A DNA stretch of 64,000 nt from an uncultured bacterium. GTDB lineage: Bacteria; Zixibacteria; MSB-5A5; GN15; FEB-12. A program made the translations under genes and the position numbers. Positions 20,229-30,365 of the stretch are shown here, piece after piece (position 1 is the first letter of the stretch; each line of letters starts with the position of its first letter). The stretch spans positions 64,001 through 128,000 of the forward strand of contig CBDVDR010000008.1 in NCBI GenBank assembly GCA_965372795.1, written 5' to 3'. Under the pieces are notes generated by a model that worked only from the letters and a program-made list of their open reading frames with translations, made no database searches and was not told the DNA's origin.

Positions 20229-20615
20229 ATGAAAAAAACCGATTTGAAAAAATACCAAAAACTTCTTTTAATAAAAAAGAAAGCCCTGTTTGAGGATATG
20301 GATGACATTTTGAAGGAGCGCGTTAACAAAACGATTAAAGATGCTACCGGGGATTTATCATCTTATTCATATCATATGGCTGATCAAGGTACTGATGCTA
20401 TGGAACGAGAGATGGCTTTTATGTTAGCTTCCAAATCAGGAAGGCTTATTTATCATATCGATGAAGCTTTACGGCGTATTGATAAGGGAAATTACGGCGA
20501 TTGTTTTGTTTGTGAAAAACTAATTAGTACGGCGAGACTTGAGGCTGTACCTCATGCAAGGCTTTGTATCGAATGTAAATCTGCTGAAGAGGAAAATAAC
20601 TCTGGCAAAAAATAA
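20229..20615 (+). CDS. TraR/DksA C4 zinc-finger protein
   Basis: HMADQGTD coiled-coil tip; YGDCFVC..RLEAVPHARLCIEC. Confidence 0.9.
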   Translation: MKKTDLKKYQKLLLIKKKALFEDMDDILKERVNKTIKDATGDLSSYSYHMADQGTDAMEREMAFMLASKSGRLIYHIDEALRRIDKGNYGDCFVCEKLISTARLEAVPHARLCIECKSAEEENNSGKK

Positions 20616-21135
20616 TCTCAAAAATTTCATTGCTCCGCTGACAATAATTTTCTCTGTTGTTATAATCGATCAATTGACCAAATGGTGGGCTGTGGCTAAT
20701 CTTTCCGGTAAGCCCTCGGTTGAGATTCTGGGAAAATTTTTCATGTTGACGCTGGTCTATAACGAGGGTGGTGCTCTGGGCACTAATTTTGGTCCCTCTA
20801 AATATTACCTTATTTCCTCATCATTAATTTTACTCTTTGTTTTATATTATATTTATTTAAATATCAAAATTAAACCGATCGCATTACCGCTCTCATTAAT
20901 TTCTGCCGGAGCCATAGGTAACATAATCGACCGTATTTATTATGGAAAAGTTGTAGATTTTTTAGATGTTGATTTCTTTGATATTGATCTGTTTGGTTAT
21001 CAACTTCAGAGGTGGTGGACTTTTAATATTGCTGATTCGGCTATTAGCTGCTCAATCGTTTTTTTGCTGATATATTCCCTTTTCTTCCACAAAGAGCCGG
21101 CGACTAAAGTTGAAAATGAGAATTCTGTCGACTAA
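20602..21135 (+). CDS. lspA: Signal peptidase II
   Basis: DQLTK, NEGGA, GAIGNIIDR, VVDF, FNIAD; probable CTG start at 20602 after GAGG. Confidence 0.92.
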   Translation: MAKNNLKNFIAPLTIIFSVVIIDQLTKWWAVANLSGKPSVEILGKFFMLTLVYNEGGALGTNFGPSKYYLISSSLILLFVLYYIYLNIKIKPIALPLSLISAGAIGNIIDRIYYGKVVDFLDVDFFDIDLFGYQLQRWWTFNIADSAISCSIVFLLIYSLFFHKEPATKVENENSVD

Positions 21136-21284
21136 TTCAAGATTAAAACTCTTACGTTTTTGACCAAAAAAACTAATATATTCTCTTTAATTGTATAAAC
21201 TAATACGTATATTGGTTATCCATTTCTAAGCGAATTCTTAGAAGGGTTGTATAAATATTAAATAATTAGATAAACGAGGCTGTG

Positions 21285-22346
21285 ATGATAAATAAAGAAG
21301 CTGTGATGCATATTTTAAGCGGGATTGAAGACCCTGAACTTCGTAAACCGCTAACCGAACTTGGTATGGTAAAATTTGTTGAGATAGAAGGGTCCGTGGT
21401 TACTGTCGGGATTACTCTTACTGTTCCGGGTTGTCCTCTAAAGGAAAAAATTACCAGTGATGTTGTTGAGGGTGTTAAATTTATTGAGGGTGTAAGTGAG
21501 GTCAAAGTTCAATTTGATGTTATGTCTGATGAACAGCGTGATACTTTAAAACAGAAGCTTGGCTATGGCGCCAAAGATGGCAAAGCTCAGGTAACTATCA
21601 ATAATTTTGCAAAAAGATATATTGCCGTATCATCCGGAAAGGGCGGGGTTGGGAAGTCCACCGTGACAACAAATCTGGCTGTTGCATTTGCACGTAAAGG
21701 ATTTAAAGTCGGTGTGTTAGATGCTGATGTGTATGGATTTTCAATTCCCCGAATGATCGGTGTTCATGGTCAACCAACCGTTATTGATGATAAATTGATT
21801 CCTCTTCGTCTTGGAGATAATCTCCAGGTCATGTCGATGGGCTTTTTTATTGATGAAGATGAACCTGTTATCTGGCGCGGACCTCTGCTTCATAAAGCAA
21901 TCAACCAATTTTTAGCCGATGTGTTCTGGGATGAACTTGATTATATGTTTCTCGATCTGCCACCCGGAACCGGTGATGTGACCCTGACCATTGCTCAAGC
22001 AATTCCAACGGCTGAGATGCTCGTTGTAACAACGCCACAGCAGACTGCTGTTCATGTAGCCGGTCGCGTAGCCCGTCTTGCAGAGAAAACCGAGTTGAAA
22101 ACTATTGGTGTAATCGAAAATATGGCTTACTATGTATCCAATGGAGAGAGAGATTACATCTTTGGTAAAGATGGCGGCAAAGATTTAGCGAAAACTCTTT
22201 CCACAGAATTTATCGGAGAAATTCCTTTAGAAAAATCCATTCGTGAAGGAGCCGACAACGGGTTGCCGGTCGCATCGCACGGAGATGAGAAATATATTTC
22301 ACTCTTCGAATCATTCGTTGATAAAATTCACGGAACTGACAAGTGA
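21285..22346 (+). CDS. mrp: Mrp/NBP35 (ApbC) Fe-S carrier ATPase
   Basis: DPEL N-terminal domain, SGKGGVGKST, DADVYG, WRGP, DLPPGTGD, ENM. Confidence 0.93.
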   Translation: MINKEAVMHILSGIEDPELRKPLTELGMVKFVEIEGSVVTVGITLTVPGCPLKEKITSDVVEGVKFIEGVSEVKVQFDVMSDEQRDTLKQKLGYGAKDGKAQVTINNFAKRYIAVSSGKGGVGKSTVTTNLAVAFARKGFKVGVLDADVYGFSIPRMIGVHGQPTVIDDKLIPLRLGDNLQVMSMGFFIDEDEPVIWRGPLLHKAINQFLADVFWDELDYMFLDLPPGTGDVTLTIAQAIPTAEMLVVTTPQQTAVHVAGRVARLAEKTELKTIGVIENMAYYVSNGERDYIFGKDGGKDLAKTLSTEFIGEIPLEKSIREGADNGLPVASHGDEKYISLFESFVDKIHGTDK

Positions 22347-22412
22347 TAACCTTTTGAAATGATTACTTTTTAGAAGTTGCATTAATATTTTGTAAAAAGT
22401 TTTACTCTTGAG

Positions 22413-22658
22413 TTATCCACAGGGTTAATTATTGCTCCCGTAAAGGCAGCTACAACAACGACTTCAAAAATTTGTTTTATAAACGTTCGGTCGGCTTGAC
22501 GATTCGTTCGAACTTCACTACTTATTAACATGAGAGCGAAAAAATCCCTGCATGTTAATAAATTGTGGACAACTTCCGTGTGTGTTGCTAAAATCGATAA
22601 TTTCAAGGAAGTTAGGGTGATTAGTAATTCTCTTTAATGTTGATAACATTGTGGGTAT
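22413..22658. promoter_or_regulatory. DnaA-box cluster upstream of dnaA
   Basis: TTATCCACA 22413-22421; TTATTAACA 22522; TGTTAATAA 22553; TGTGGACAA 22564; TGTTGATAA 22638; TGTGGGTAT 22650. Confidence 0.8.
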
Positions 22659-22725
22659 CTCTTCAGCTTTTTGAGGCTGTTAGTTTTACCTATATTTATT
22701 TGTTGTAGTTGAGTTATTTTTTTAA

Positions 22726-24108
22726 TTGAGGGGTAATGTTAAATTGCAAGAGAGTATGGTAAGTTCACAGATCTGGGATGACTGCCTCAAGTATATGTCA
22801 AGGCGTATGAAAGAGCAGTCATACAACACCTGGTTGAAATCGACTAAGGGTGAGCCGGGTGGAAATGGTAATTTTCAAGTTGCTGTGCCGAATCAATTCG
22901 TTGCTGACTGGATCAGAGGTCATTATAGCGAGTTGATTGAAGAAGCCTTTTTTGAGGTTCACGGCAGAAGATATGATGTACAATATGTTATATCGGCTTC
23001 ACAGGACCAGGAACAGCAGGTATCGCTTAAACTGCATGAGCCAGTTGAGATGATTATGCCGGCGCCCAGGCCGAAAAAGGCAGGTCATCATAATCTTAAC
23101 CAAAAATATCAATTTGCATCGTTGGTGGTTGGTGATTTTAACCAATTTGCTTATGCTGCCTCAAAGGCTGTAGCAGAAGCTCCCGGTATGACCCAATATA
23201 ATCCGCTTTTAATTTATGGCGGGACCGGGCTGGGTAAAACGCATTTAGCACAAGCTATCGGGCATAGTATTCTTAAAGAGTATCCCGAAAAAAGTGTTAT
23301 GTACGCTACCAGTGAAAAGTTTACATCCGATTTTATTTCATCTATTTCAGATGGTTCAATTTCTCGTTTTACGAAAGTTTATCGTGAAGTTGATGTATTG
23401 ATTATTGACGATATTCAGTTCTTCACCGGAAAGGAATCCACCCAGGAACAGTTTTTTCATACTTTCAATACCTTGTATCATCTTGGAAAACAAATTATCT
23501 TAACCTCAGATCGACCACCTAAGGAAATTAAGGGTCTCGAAGACAGGTTATTATCCCGATTTTCATGCGGGCTCGTAACTGACCTTCAAGCTCCAGACTT
23601 GGAAGCCAGGACGGCCATCCTTTATAAAAAGATCGAATCGGAAGGATTGGTGCTTCCTGATGATGTTATTAATTATATTGCAGATAAGGTTTCTACTAAC
23701 GTCCGGGAATTAGAGGGTGCTTTAATCAGGCTGCTGGCATATACGTCGTTGAAAAATGTACCCACTAACCTTGAAACCACTAAAAAAGTATTAGCCGACA
23801 CGCTTTCTTCGCATCGCAAAGAGATAACGATTGAACTAATTCAGAAAAAAACTTCTGATCTTTTTGGAGTCGATCAAAATATGATGATTGCCAAAAAGAA
23901 GACATCAAATATAGTCTTGGCGCGGCAGGTGGCAATGTATATCGCTCGTAATCTTACTGATAATTCTTTAAAAGCTATAGGTGATTCGTTTGGTGGAAGA
24001 GATCATTCAACGGTAATTCATGCCTGTAATTTAATCACTAATAAACTGTCAAGTGACTCTATTTTCAGGGAAAAAATTGACAAACTATCAGCCTCTTTAC
24101 TGTATTGA
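22726..24108 (+). CDS. dnaA: Chromosomal replication initiator DnaA (start may be TTG 22744 or ATG 22756)
   Basis: YNPLLIYGGTGLGKTHL, DDIQFF, NVRELEGAL, GGRDHSTVIHA. Confidence 0.98.
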   Translation: MRGNVKLQESMVSSQIWDDCLKYMSRRMKEQSYNTWLKSTKGEPGGNGNFQVAVPNQFVADWIRGHYSELIEEAFFEVHGRRYDVQYVISASQDQEQQVSLKLHEPVEMIMPAPRPKKAGHHNLNQKYQFASLVVGDFNQFAYAASKAVAEAPGMTQYNPLLIYGGTGLGKTHLAQAIGHSILKEYPEKSVMYATSEKFTSDFISSISDGSISRFTKVYREVDVLIIDDIQFFTGKESTQEQFFHTFNTLYHLGKQIILTSDRPPKEIKGLEDRLLSRFSCGLVTDLQAPDLEARTAILYKKIESEGLVLPDDVINYIADKVSTNVRELEGALIRLLAYTSLKNVPTNLETTKKVLADTLSSHRKEITIELIQKKTSDLFGVDQNMMIAKKKTSNIVLARQVAMYIARNLTDNSLKAIGDSFGGRDHSTVIHACNLITNKLSSDSIFREKIDKLSASLLY

Positions 24109-24388
24109 TAAGTTGTGGTTTTCTATGTGTAAAAAATGTGAATTACTTGAAATGGGTGTTAAATTGTTGATAATTAAAATTTTGGTTTAATTTTTGTTTA
24201 TTGTTAGTTGAAAAGTTTTAGGGTATATAAAAATGTTAAGTAGTTGTAGGATATATAATAAAAAGATGAAGGTTGTTAATAAATTAACTTTATTAACATT
24301 TTAACATCTATTATTATTATTACTTATATAAGATATAAAGTATAGAATTAAGAATTAGTTGTTGAAAAACATTTAGGAAAGGCATTCG
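24109..24388. other. Probable oriC unwinding region between dnaA and dnaN
   Basis: Very AT-rich; DnaA-like boxes at 24165, 24274 and 24290; trio-like CTATTATTATTATTAC at 24308-24323. Confidence 0.7.
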
Positions 24389-25501
24389 ATGAAATTCAGT
24401 TTACCGAAATCAAAGCTGGCAGGTTACCTTCAATATATTCTTCAGGTAGTACCGACAAAATCCACTTTACCAATATTAACCAACCTTCTGATTGAAGCAC
24501 TTGATAATAAATTAAAAATCTCTGCGACTGATTTGGATATTTCGATTACAGCCTCGATTGATTGTAATGTCAGTAAAAAAGGTGCAACCTCAATTCCGGC
24601 AAAGATTCTATTTGAGATTATTAAAGAACTTCCTGAATCAGAAGTTAGTTTTGAAGTAACATCATCGCGTATGGAAATTAAAATACCAAACGGTTCGTAC
24701 AAAATTGCAACAGTATCTCCTGATGACTTTCCGAAACTTCCCGCTGTTAATACAAAAAAAGAGATTAAGATTGCTGCTGACGCTTTAGTTCGCATGGTTA
24801 AGAAAACCAGTTTTGCCTGTTCTGATGATGATACACGTCCGGCTCTTAACGGTGTTTTGTGGCAGACAAAAGGTGATCGGATGCAGATGGTTGCTACTGA
24901 TGGTCATCGTTTGGCGAAGATGTCGGTTGAGAATACAAAATTAAAAGGCATGTACGAAGATGTTATTGTTCCACCAAAGGTTTTGAATCTTATTCCAAAA
25001 TTTGCATTGGATGATGATCAGGAGATCGGGATTATTTTTGGAGAGAATAATATTATTTTTAATCTGGGTGAAATTGTTTTAACATCCCGCCTGATTGAAG
25101 GACCATATCCAAATTACGATCAGGTCATTCCTACTGACAACGATAAAAAATTAGTTGTGTCCAAAGAAGATCTTGCCGGAGCAGTTCGTCGTGTTTCAAT
25201 TCTTTCTAATTCACTGACTCACCAGGTAAAGTTTTCTTTGAAAGAAAACTCACTCACTTTGTCGACTACCAACGCTGATGTTGGCGGTGAAGGTAAAGAA
25301 GTTATCGAATGTGATTATGTCGGTGAGCAGATTGAAATGGGCTATAACGCTATGTATGTTAACGATATTTTAGCAAAACTTGATTCAAGCGAAGCAGTGT
25401 TTGAGTTGTCCTCAACCGCCGCTGCCGGATTGATATATAATTCAAATTTATCTAAAGATGATTATCTCTGCCTGATTATGCCTCTCAGGCTGGCAGAGTA
25501 A
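24389..25501 (+). CDS. dnaN: DNA polymerase III beta clamp
   Basis: ATDLD, VATDGHRLA, SRLIEGPYPNY, LIMPLR. Confidence 0.98.
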   Translation: MKFSLPKSKLAGYLQYILQVVPTKSTLPILTNLLIEALDNKLKISATDLDISITASIDCNVSKKGATSIPAKILFEIIKELPESEVSFEVTSSRMEIKIPNGSYKIATVSPDDFPKLPAVNTKKEIKIAADALVRMVKKTSFACSDDDTRPALNGVLWQTKGDRMQMVATDGHRLAKMSVENTKLKGMYEDVIVPPKVLNLIPKFALDDDQEIGIIFGENNIIFNLGEIVLTSRLIEGPYPNYDQVIPTDNDKKLVVSKEDLAGAVRRVSILSNSLTHQVKFSLKENSLTLSTTNADVGGEGKEVIECDYVGEQIEMGYNAMYVNDILAKLDSSEAVFELSSTAAAGLIYNSNLSKDDYLCLIMPLRLAE

Positions 25502-25518
25502 GAATATTATTGGGAATT

Positions 25519-25548
25519 AAAAGGCAGATAAATTATCTGCCTTTTTTT
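25519..25548 (+). terminator. Intrinsic terminator between dnaN and recF
   Basis: AAAAGGCAGATAA-A-TTATCTGCCTTTTTTT. Confidence 0.65.
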
Positions 25549-25556
25549 ATCTATTC

Positions 25557-26645
25557 ATGTATTTAAAATCATTAAAACTAAACAATTTTAGAAATATTAA
25601 AACACAGTCAATTGAGTTCTCTCCGGAAATAAATATTCTGTATGGCAGCAACGGTTCGGGGAAAACTAATATTCTTGAAGCAGTTTTTGTTTTATGTCTC
25701 GGTCGCTCACATCGAAGTTCGATGGATACGGTGATGATTGAGAAGGGCAATGATTTTTACCGTCTTGAAGGACTGGTAAATTTTCCTGAAAAAGAAACCG
25801 AGGTTGCCCTAGCTTTTCAAAAAGGCGGTCGAAAGAAAATAACTATCGACAAGGTCTCGGTTAGGATCCATGAATTGTATGAAAATTTTTGTGTGGTTTC
25901 AGCGGGTCCGGAAGACAGCGATATTCTTTCCGGTTCGCCTTCGTCAAGACGTACTTTTATAGATATGTACCTTTCTCAGAAGTCCAAAAATTATCTAAAC
26001 AACCTGACTCAGTATCAAAAAATATTAACACAAAAAAACGCCGCTTTAAAACACAACATGGACCCATCGCCCTTCAACAGCATGCTGATTGATTTTGGAT
26101 CCTCTTTGATGGTGGCTCGCAATGATTTTATAAGTTTGATAAGCGGCTTATCAGAAGAATTTTATAATAAAATTACAAGCGGCGGTTCTTTTAAAACAAT
26201 TTACAATCCGTCAATTTCGTTTGATCCTGACAATACTAACCACTCTGCGGTTAAAGATGCGTTCGAACAAACTCTTCAGAATGTTCAGGAGAAAGAGCGC
26301 ATTATGCAGTCTTCTCTTAAAGGACCACACCGCGATGATATTGGTTTTGAAATAGAAAACCTTCCGGCAAGACATCACGGTTCCCAGGGTGAATGGCGGA
26401 CAGCGGCGATTTCATTAAAGCTTGCCGTTTATAAAATATTGAAAGAAGAAAAAGAAACTATCCCGATTCTTCTGCTTGATGAAATATTTGCTGAGCTTGA
26501 CAACGAACGCATTCAGGGTTTAGTTAATTCATTCGGGGGTTTTGGACAGTTGATTTTAACGACAGCCCAGGAGCCGCCGGACGTTTTAAAAAAGGGCAGT
26601 CGCTGTTTTAGAATATCTAACGGATCAATAGAGGAAACAGTCTGA
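25557..26645 (+). CDS. recF: DNA replication/repair protein RecF
   Basis: NFRN, GSNGSGKTNILEA, GPHRDD, GSQGE, LLLDEIFAELD. Confidence 0.96.
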   Translation: MYLKSLKLNNFRNIKTQSIEFSPEINILYGSNGSGKTNILEAVFVLCLGRSHRSSMDTVMIEKGNDFYRLEGLVNFPEKETEVALAFQKGGRKKITIDKVSVRIHELYENFCVVSAGPEDSDILSGSPSSRRTFIDMYLSQKSKNYLNNLTQYQKILTQKNAALKHNMDPSPFNSMLIDFGSSLMVARNDFISLISGLSEEFYNKITSGGSFKTIYNPSISFDPDNTNHSAVKDAFEQTLQNVQEKERIMQSSLKGPHRDDIGFEIENLPARHHGSQGEWRTAAISLKLAVYKILKEEKETIPILLLDEIFAELDNERIQGLVNSFGGFGQLILTTAQEPPDVLKKGSRCFRISNGSIEETV

Positions 26646-27691
26646 TGGCGGGATTGATTTTAAAAAATCTGTCAAAATCATTTGGAGACTTAAAAGTTCT
26701 CGACTCAATTAACTTAGAGTTAAACGAAGGTGAATTTTTAGTTCTATTGGGACCATCTGGGTGCGGTAAGTCTACCTGTTTACGATTGATTGCCGGGTTG
26801 GAAGATGTTGATGCCGGTGAAATTTATATTGGCAATCGTCAGGTCGAAAAAATTGAACCGAAAGATCGTAAAGTAGCAATGGTTTTTCAAAATTATTCCC
26901 TCTATCCCCACATGACGGTTGAAAAAAATCTTGCATTCCCGCTTAAGGTCGCCGGAGTTGCCTCGAAAACGATTAAAGAAAAAGTTATCAAAACCGCTGA
27001 GATGATCGGACTTTCAGATCGGCTTAAACACAAACCGAATCAACTCTCGGGCGGTCAAAGACAAAGAGTCGCTCTTGGGCGGGCTGTTATAAGGCAACCG
27101 GATATATTTTTACTTGATGAACCTCTTTCGAATCTGGATGCTGATTTGCGAATTAAGATGCGTCGAGAGATTGTCAGAATACAACAAGAATTAAATTGTA
27201 CAACAGTATATGTTACTCATGATCAGGAAGAAGCCTTATCAATGGGTGACAGAATTGCATTACTCGATAATGGTCATATAGTGCAATTTGACACCCCGGT
27301 TAAAATATATAATTATCCGGTTAATCTTTTTGCGGCCCAATTTATAGGTACTCCCAAAATCAATATTGTCGAAGCGATTGTTGAGGAAGCTACTATTCGC
27401 CCATTTGGAATAAATATTCCAACCGGGGTACGCAGGGGCAATTATAAAAAGCTGTTGTTAGGGGTGCGTCCTGATGCTATTAAAATTGATATAGACGGTT
27501 ATTATTCGGCGGTTGTGACTAGCTGTGAATTTGTTGGTGACAGCTATACCATTACCATTGAATATGATAACAATTTATTGACTGTGTCAAATTTGCAGGA
27601 ACCTAAATCAATTTCGGAGAATGTCAGGTTTACGATAAATACAGACGCAATTTTATATTTTGATCCCATTTCTAAAAAAAGCATAAATTAA
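26645..27691 (+). CDS. MalK/UgpC-type sugar ABC transporter ATP-binding protein
   Basis: GPSGCGKST, VFQNYSLYPHM, LSGGQRQRVALGR, DEPLSNLD, YVTHDQ. Confidence 0.92.
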   Translation: MAGLILKNLSKSFGDLKVLDSINLELNEGEFLVLLGPSGCGKSTCLRLIAGLEDVDAGEIYIGNRQVEKIEPKDRKVAMVFQNYSLYPHMTVEKNLAFPLKVAGVASKTIKEKVIKTAEMIGLSDRLKHKPNQLSGGQRQRVALGRAVIRQPDIFLLDEPLSNLDADLRIKMRREIVRIQQELNCTTVYVTHDQEEALSMGDRIALLDNGHIVQFDTPVKIYNYPVNLFAAQFIGTPKINIVEAIVEEATIRPFGINIPTGVRRGNYKKLLLGVRPDAIKIDIDGYYSAVVTSCEFVGDSYTITIEYDNNLLTVSNLQEPKSISENVRFTINTDAILYFDPISKKSIN

Positions 27692-27742
27692 GCTTTCGTT
27701 TTCAATTAATGGAAAAGCCCACTTAAACGTCTATTAAAGATA

Positions 27743-27770
27743 TTGACAAAAATTGTCAAAATGGTATATT
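27743..27770 (+). promoter_or_regulatory. Sigma-70 promoter overlapped by a palindrome
   Basis: TTGACA-N16-TATATT with TGn; TTGACAA-AAA-TTGTCAA covers the -35. Confidence 0.6.
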
Positions 27771-27810
27771 TTACGATACTATATTTAACCAATAATCAGG
27801 GGGTAGTTCT

Positions 27811-30330
27811 ATGCGCGGAATTACTATCTTTTTTTTAACTCTAATTGTTATAGTGTCGTTTTCTGTTTTCGCAAAACCTCCGGAAGGCACTCAAACAAAT
27901 TTTACCAATCCAAGCAAATCAATAGATTCTGACACATACATCAATGCCAATAAGCTTTTGATGCTAACAACTAATGTTGGTTCTTTTGCTTATGATTTGG
28001 GGGGACTGTTCGGGAAAACGGATGGTCTTTATTATCCCTTTACATCATTGTCTGATATAACTTTCGGTTTTAACGACAGAACTCTTATCTATGCTGCCGG
28101 GCTGTGGCTGGGCAGTGTTGAGAATGGTATTGGTGACACGCTGATCGCATTGGCTGGATATTCGCAAGAGTATGTTCCCGGTCCTATGGTGGGCGGAACC
28201 TTTCAGCCCGATAACCCTTCTTTTAGGGTCTATAAACTTTACGCTGACAGTATGGCTGGCAACCCCAATCAGGATTATCTTGACTGGCCGGTTGATCAGG
28301 GGGCGCCGGTTGATGAATATGGCAATCCTGAACTAACCGGCGATCAAACGCTCTGGACAATTTTTAATGATGCTGATCCAAGCCAACATACTAACAATTC
28401 TGGTAAAACGGCACCACTTGGGGTTGAAGTTCACCAAAGAATTTGGGCTGTGGACGAACCAGGTATAATCGAAATCCCTCAACTTGATAGATTTTTATCT
28501 GCGGTTCACATTACCGGTGGTTCTCGCGGGACTGTAGGTGTGGAATTGGTTGAAATGGATCCGCTTATTGGTCACAGCTATATGGTTGTCTTTCGAGATG
28601 ATTTCACCTATGGTTTAGTGTGGGATTTAATTAATGTTTCAACCGGAATCACAATCCTTGAAAACCAAACCAATCAGTCAGGGGACGGTCTTTATGCGAC
28701 TGTCGAAGGAATAAAAGTCCATGTAGTAAGGGGAGCCGCCGGAGTTATTGACTGGAGTATTCCCAACGGCACCAGAAGATTTACCTGGGCTGGAGGAGCA
28801 GATGGTTTTGGATGGGAAGGATTTTTTGGCGCTATCGGATGGGGCGGTCCGGGAGATACTCATGGTTTTGGAGGATACGATCCGGTTCCTGAAGAATCCC
28901 TGATAAATGTTCTTTTGAAACTTGCCGAGGTTGATGTATATGGAAATTACGATCCTAATGACCCTAATGTATCATATGGATATCGTTATTTAAGAGGTGC
29001 AAATGGCCCTCCGGCTCGACCGGAATTTGTACCTTATATTATAAATCCTTCAAGCTATGGATTTCAGGCTTTCGAAAAGAATATTCCATTGTCAGCCTGG
29101 AATGTGAGTGTTAATCCACCAAAAAGATTAACAATGGGCTTTTTGGAAAATAATACTTTTAATGGTTTGGTTGATGGTAAGTATTTTCCGGGAAGCTATG
29201 TAGACTATGACAATGTTTCAAGTTTAGGACCTCGTGAATGGTTGTGGATATTTTTGGATGATTACTCTGAAACTCTCAATCCGGCTTATGCCTTAAACGC
29301 TATTGATGATCCAATGCCGATAATGTATTGGAGTACAGCCGCCAGAAGGGGTGATGTTCCCTTTAACACCGGTGATGAATTCCTGATAATTGCAGGTCCC
29401 GGTGAGTTGAACACACCCGCTGATACTTTTATTTTTACTGTGCCGGATGATGAGCCTTTGAGCTCGGGACCGGAAGGACTGTCAATTTATATTGAACATA
29501 AGATATTTAATAAAGGCGGGAAAAATCTGATCAACTGTTACGCCTCTATCTGGGCTGATCCGGATCTTGGTGATGCCGGTGATGATATGGTCGGTTGTGA
29601 TACGGTCTTAGATTTTGGCTATTGCTATAATGGCGATCCTTATGATGGTATTTATGACACTTATGTCCCGGCTGTCGGGTTTCAGGTCATTGAAAGTCCG
29701 GTTGTTTATACCGGGAATATTTATGATACGGCAAAATACTGGGGAACTGACTTAGTTAGATATGAAAATATTGGCATGACGGCTTTTTCAAAATTCATCA
29801 ATGGTACGGACCCTCAAAGTAAATTTGAGAGCTACTATTATATGCAGGGATTAAAGCAAGATGGATCTGATTATGTGGATGAGTTTGGTGTCACGACAAA
29901 ATTCCAATTTGCCGGTGATCCGGTAACCGGTACCGGTGCGGTTGATTTTGATCAGGCAGATCGAAGGATGTTTATAACTACCGGTCCGTTTAATTTGGGT
30001 ACGACTGACTCACTCTGTTTCACGGTCAAACTTGCCGTTGGACAGGGAACCGATTACCTTTCATCAATAACAGCCTTGCGGGATATATTTATGAACGACC
30101 CTGATGATTGCTGTATTATCAGAGGCGATTTAAATCATCTCGGCGGTGACTTGCCAATTGACATAACCGACCTGACATTTCTAATTGACTATATGTTCAG
30201 AGAGGGTGCGGCACCTTATTGTGATGAAGAAGCAGATCTTGATGATTCCGGTGAAATCGATATTTCTGATTTAACATTTTTAATTGATTTTATGTTTAGA
30301 GAGGGACCGGCGCCGGCGCCTTGTAATTAG
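27811..30330 (+). CDS. Large secreted protein with C-terminal dockerin-like domain (paralog 1)
   Basis: Signal peptide; C-terminal CC..RGDLNH..DITDLTFLIDYMF..ADLDDSGEIDISDLTFLIDFMF. Confidence 0.8.
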   Translation: MRGITIFFLTLIVIVSFSVFAKPPEGTQTNFTNPSKSIDSDTYINANKLLMLTTNVGSFAYDLGGLFGKTDGLYYPFTSLSDITFGFNDRTLIYAAGLWLGSVENGIGDTLIALAGYSQEYVPGPMVGGTFQPDNPSFRVYKLYADSMAGNPNQDYLDWPVDQGAPVDEYGNPELTGDQTLWTIFNDADPSQHTNNSGKTAPLGVEVHQRIWAVDEPGIIEIPQLDRFLSAVHITGGSRGTVGVELVEMDPLIGHSYMVVFRDDFTYGLVWDLINVSTGITILENQTNQSGDGLYATVEGIKVHVVRGAAGVIDWSIPNGTRRFTWAGGADGFGWEGFFGAIGWGGPGDTHGFGGYDPVPEESLINVLLKLAEVDVYGNYDPNDPNVSYGYRYLRGANGPPARPEFVPYIINPSSYGFQAFEKNIPLSAWNVSVNPPKRLTMGFLENNTFNGLVDGKYFPGSYVDYDNVSSLGPREWLWIFLDDYSETLNPAYALNAIDDPMPIMYWSTAARRGDVPFNTGDEFLIIAGPGELNTPADTFIFTVPDDEPLSSGPEGLSIYIEHKIFNKGGKNLINCYASIWADPDLGDAGDDMVGCDTVLDFGYCYNGDPYDGIYDTYVPAVGFQVIESPVVYTGNIYDTAKYWGTDLVRYENIGMTAFSKFINGTDPQSKFESYYYMQGLKQDGSDYVDEFGVTTKFQFAGDPVTGTGAVDFDQADRRMFITTGPFNLGTTDSLCFTVKLAVGQGTDYLSSITALRDIFMNDPDDCCIIRGDLNHLGGDLPIDITDLTFLIDYMFREGAAPYCDEEADLDDSGEIDISDLTFLIDFMFREGPAPAPCN

Positions 30331-30365
30331 TTTTGATTTATTAAAAATAAATCTTGAAAGGGAAT

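Noticed and set aside
22382..22606. 74-aa minus-strand ORF upstream of dnaA
   Set aside because: Runs through the DnaA-box cluster; no recognisable protein; not rpmH.
28455..29465. Intein in the dockerin-tailed proteins
   Set aside because: No N-terminal Cys/Ser block, no HN-C/S/T end and no LAGLIDADG motif.
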